A DNA stretch of 64,000 bases from Fonticula alba ATCC 38817 (taxonomy: Eukaryota > Protista > Nucleariida): NCBI GenBank assembly GCA_000388065.2, contig KB932201.1; one strand, given 5' to 3'. Below the pieces are notes generated by a model. That model was not told the origin of the DNA. It did not search any database and saw nothing but the letters and a program-made list of their open reading frames with translations. Positions 62,704-64,000 of the stretch are shown in pieces (position 1 is the first letter of the stretch; every line of letters begins with the position of its first letter). A program made the position numbers and the translations under genes.

Positions 62704-63365
62704 NNNNNNNNNNCTTTCCTCCATCTTTCCTCTCTCTCTCTCTCTCTCCAGGTCTCCTGTCATCGGAACATCGGCGTCATGATTCCCCCCGGCTATCGGG
62801 ACTTCTACCGGGACCATGTGGCCGAGTATATCAAGAAGCTGCCGGACCAGAAGCCACCCGCCGAGATGCCAGATCCCTTTGCCCCGAAGAAAGAGCCTGT
62901 GCCGCCGCCGAGCGCTGCCAAATCCCGCCCCCCGGCTGCACGGAAAACCACCGTACGCCCCGACATGTGCCCATTTTCGGTTTGTCAGCTTGACTCCCTC
63001 ATTCCCCTTTGTCGGTCTCCTCTTAACACGTTTGCCTGTTCCCCCTCCCTCCTTGGACATCCTCCCTGTGTGGATGCTCCTGGCCACCTGCCCCCTTCCC
63101 TTCCTCCCTCTGTCTCTTTCCCCCTCTCTCCCCCCCCCACAGACTTCCGAGCTTCAGCTGCAGCCCGGTGTGCGGGACAAGCTCGAGCAGTTCCTCATCT
63201 CCTCGGCTTCCTCCAGCGATGCGCTCCCCTCGCAGCTGGCCCAGCAGCGCCCGCTCGACCGCAAGTCCAACCAGGTGCGCCCCATCCCTGCCGTCGCTTC
63301 TGCTATGCTGGACCCATGACGGACCTTGGGTGTTTTGCTGACCCCTTCTCCCCTCTTCACCGCTT

Positions 63366-63402
<37 letters not shown>

Positions 63403-64000
63403 CACGCACGCACGCACGCACGCACACACGCACGCACGCAGTACAAGCAGCTGGTTGATGCACTTGGCAAGATGGGCCTGCGGGATTTCATGATTTCCGA
63501 ATGTATCGAGCATCTGTGGACGGAATCCGGCCACACTACTGGCGTGCAGACCCTGCCGACGCTGAGTGCCTGTGTGGACTGGCTGTCGCTCATGGTGCCG
63601 GAGGATGATCTGCCGAAGGCCCTGCAGGCGTCGGCCACCATCCAGCTCCTGTCGAAGAGCAGCTTTGAGACGGATCAGGTGGTTTCCTGGCTCCGGTCAT
63701 TTGGGTATACCCGTGCACAGGCACAGCAGGCGCTCGCATTGCACACCGGTGCAGCTGCCGGTGCTGCGGGCCCGCTGCTGGACCCGCGTCAGGCGGGCAA
63801 CATTTTTGCCACCGGCCTGCTGACCCTTCGTTGGCTGCTGGACGGCGCGCAAGGCCCGGCGGCGCGGGATCTGCTGTTTGATGGGAGCACCGGTGCCGGG
63901 GCCACTCCCGACAAGGCAGCCATCAATGAGGAGCTGGGCATCCTTGACAGCATGCTGGACGCACGGAGCTTCCAGGTGAAGCGCTCGTGGGAGAATGGTC
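61879..64000 (+). CDS. DHX57: DHX57/YLR419W-like DEAH RNA helicase, N-terminal part (continues beyond the window)
   Basis: WTGKLP.VLL.EFCRKQ..W..P (fungal YLR419W/Ucp12 N-terminal dsRBD-like block), EARQHGATYVL, UBA-like CVDWLSLMVPEDDLP and a second UBA-like WLRSFGY..AQ. The helicase core is not in the window. Confidence 0.7.

Overview
This is a GC-rich, intron-containing eukaryotic draft scaffold with 12 N-gaps, many microsatellites and proteins inflated by low-complexity insertions. The gene content (CP2/Grainyhead factor, a fungal-type DHX57/YLR419W N-terminus, Integrator subunit 2) suggests an early-branching opisthokont such as Fonticula; this is an inference. Spliced genes recognised by motif: SERAC1-like lipase (-), INTS2 (-), PGM2-type phosphomutase (-, 5' end lost in a gap), SQD2/SqdX-like GT4 glycosyltransferase (+, C-terminal half placed before N-terminal half), KRR1 (+), CP2/Grainyhead-LSF factor (-), tRNA-Arg(ACG) (-), Tctex-1 (-), a ~2,650-aa Wee1/Myt1-like kinase (-), HTATSF1/Cus2 (-), SNF4/AMPK-gamma (+) and the start of a DHX57-like helicase (+). 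No CRISPR array, rRNA or transposon is evident. Three exact 19-nt Illumina adapter remnants, each between tandem duplicates of 134-171 bp, create false frameshifts or repeats in KRR1 and HTATSF1. The most interesting lead is a tail-anchored sulfolipid/glucuronolipid-synthase-like enzyme, head-to-head with a phosphoglucomutase and possibly tandemly amplified, in an apparently non-photosynthetic organism. All family calls come from motif recognition by eye, without database searches.
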